This document shows positions 62,651 to 64,000 of a DNA stretch of 64,000 nucleotides, piece by piece. The stretch comes from Callorhinchus milii (taxonomy: Eukaryota). Position 1 is the first letter of the stretch. Every line of letters begins with the position of its first letter. The notes beneath the pieces were generated by a model. The model ran no database searches, was not told the origin of the DNA, and was given only the letters and a program-made list of their open reading frames with translations. Made by a program: the position numbers and the translations under genes. The stretch spans positions 47,556,001-47,620,000 of the forward strand of contig NW_024704742.1 in the NCBI RefSeq assembly GCF_018977255.1, read 5' to 3'.

Positions 62651-63404
62651 TTTTATCTACAAAAACATAGTTACTACACTACAGCAAAGATAAGGGTACA
62701 GATATCGATCACATTGTCAAGATATCTTAAAACATTTCACAGGTTTTACAGTAAAGTGCAGTGACTCTGTGTTTGTAGGTGAATGCAGCAGCCAGTATGC
62801 ACACAGCTTGGAGATGAATGACCATTTTTGAATCCAGGGGCATTGGTAACTAGAAAAGCGGGAGAACTCCCTTCTGTCAAGTAGTTCATGGGATCTTTAA
62901 TGTCCACCTGAAAAGACAGACGTCGGGACCTCAGTTTAAATTCACTTCAGAAGGGCAGCACCTCTGACAATGCATCGCTTCCCAGCACTGTGTTGGAGTG
63001 TTAACCTGGATTATGAACTCAAAAGTCCAAATGTGGGATGTGAACCCACAACTTTTTGACTCAGGCAAGAGTGGTACTAACTGAGCCATTCGTATATTTT
63101 TAACTATTACTGTTGTATTTTTAAAAGAATTTCTAACCATGTCTCCTTTTTATGTGGTCTCCCTAGATAGTTTGGATTTGTGTATTTGGGTATATGCATA
63201 GTGTATTTGTGCATAAACTAGGAGTAATAACAATACTTGTCACGCCAGGAGGACATTCCAAAGCACTTCCCAGGATATACTGTAAAGTACAGTGACTGTG
63301 TGTTTTGTGGGTGAACATGGTAGCCAATGTGTGTACAGCAATGTCCCGTGAAGTGAGTGACCATTTTTATTTCGGGGATTGTTGATGGGAGAAATTCTCT
63401 TTTT

Positions 63405-63660
63405 GAATAGAATCATTGAATTATACAGCACAGAAGGAGGCCACCAAAGCGATCCAAATCAATCCCATTCCCCTGCTCTCTCTCCATAGTCCTGCAAACT
63501 TGTCCTCCTCAAATAATTATCTGCTTCTCTTTTGAAAGTTGTTATCGAATCTGCTTCCACCACTCTTTCAGGCAATGCATTCCAGATCCGAACAACTCGC
63601 TGTGTGAAACCATTTCTCCTCACCCCCCCTCTGTTTCTTTTAACAACTATTTTAAATTTG
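63405..63660 (-). mobile_element. CR1 3' end fragment
   Basis: Similar to 11914-12200 and 35925-36155 (cagcacagaaggaggcca, gttatcgaat motifs). Confidence 0.85.
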
Positions 63661-64000
63661 TGTCATGCAATCTTTAATGTCCACCTGAACAGGCAGACAG
63701 GACCTTGGTTTAACTTCTCATCCAAAGGACAGCACCTTTGACATGTCATGCACGTCCCCCAAGTCCCAACCTAAAATGTGTTTAAAGGGAAATTACTTGT
63801 CGGTTTTAAAATTGTTTGAGCTGGAAGGTTTGTGGGGTTCTGTTTACAATGTTTGTGTAATTCCCTTATGTTACCCCCCTCCCCCCACCCCCACCCATCA
63901 CCAAGTCTAAAAATGTACATTGTTGGTGTTATTGAAAGGTGACCTTGTTTGATCAGGTCATTGCCCTGAGCTGGATCCTTCTTTGATTTTCATTCATCTC

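Noticed and set aside
43853..64000. Further coding exons of the plus-strand gene
   Set aside because: Candidate acceptors near 44328, 50625 and 61582 lead to stops, lack donors or lie in repeats; a small exon could have been missed.
1..64000. CRISPR array or prokaryotic system
   Set aside because: Vertebrate intron-rich DNA; recurring 30-50 bp motifs are dispersed SINE/LINE tails, not regularly spaced repeats.

Overview
Repeat-dense vertebrate genomic DNA. The mix of CR1, L2, Tx1, Penelope and Deu-domain/tRNA-derived SINEs points to a cartilaginous fish, possibly a chimaera such as the elephant shark (inference, not tested). Two divergent transcription units can be read. (1) Minus strand, 22777->653: a hand-built 8-exon gene with GT-AG phase-1 introns and six internal exons that are all multiples of 3. 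It encodes a ~472-aa type I membrane glycoprotein with signal peptide, two degenerate Ig-like domains, a partial duplicate domain, one TM helix, a juxtamembrane Cys cluster, and YENG and IYTTI tyrosine motifs. I cannot assign it to a named gene; it resembles an uncharacterised leukocyte receptor and is the main finding. (2) Plus strand, from a CpG-island promoter at ~34.2-35.1 kb: an unidentified gene with a short first exon and a uORF-containing exon at 43582-43852; no further exon was found before the window end. The rest is mostly decayed retroelements, some with notable structure (hammerhead remnants, a fold-back SINE tail, a shared SINE/L2 stem-loop). Repeat boundaries are approximate and family names come from recognised motifs, not database searches.
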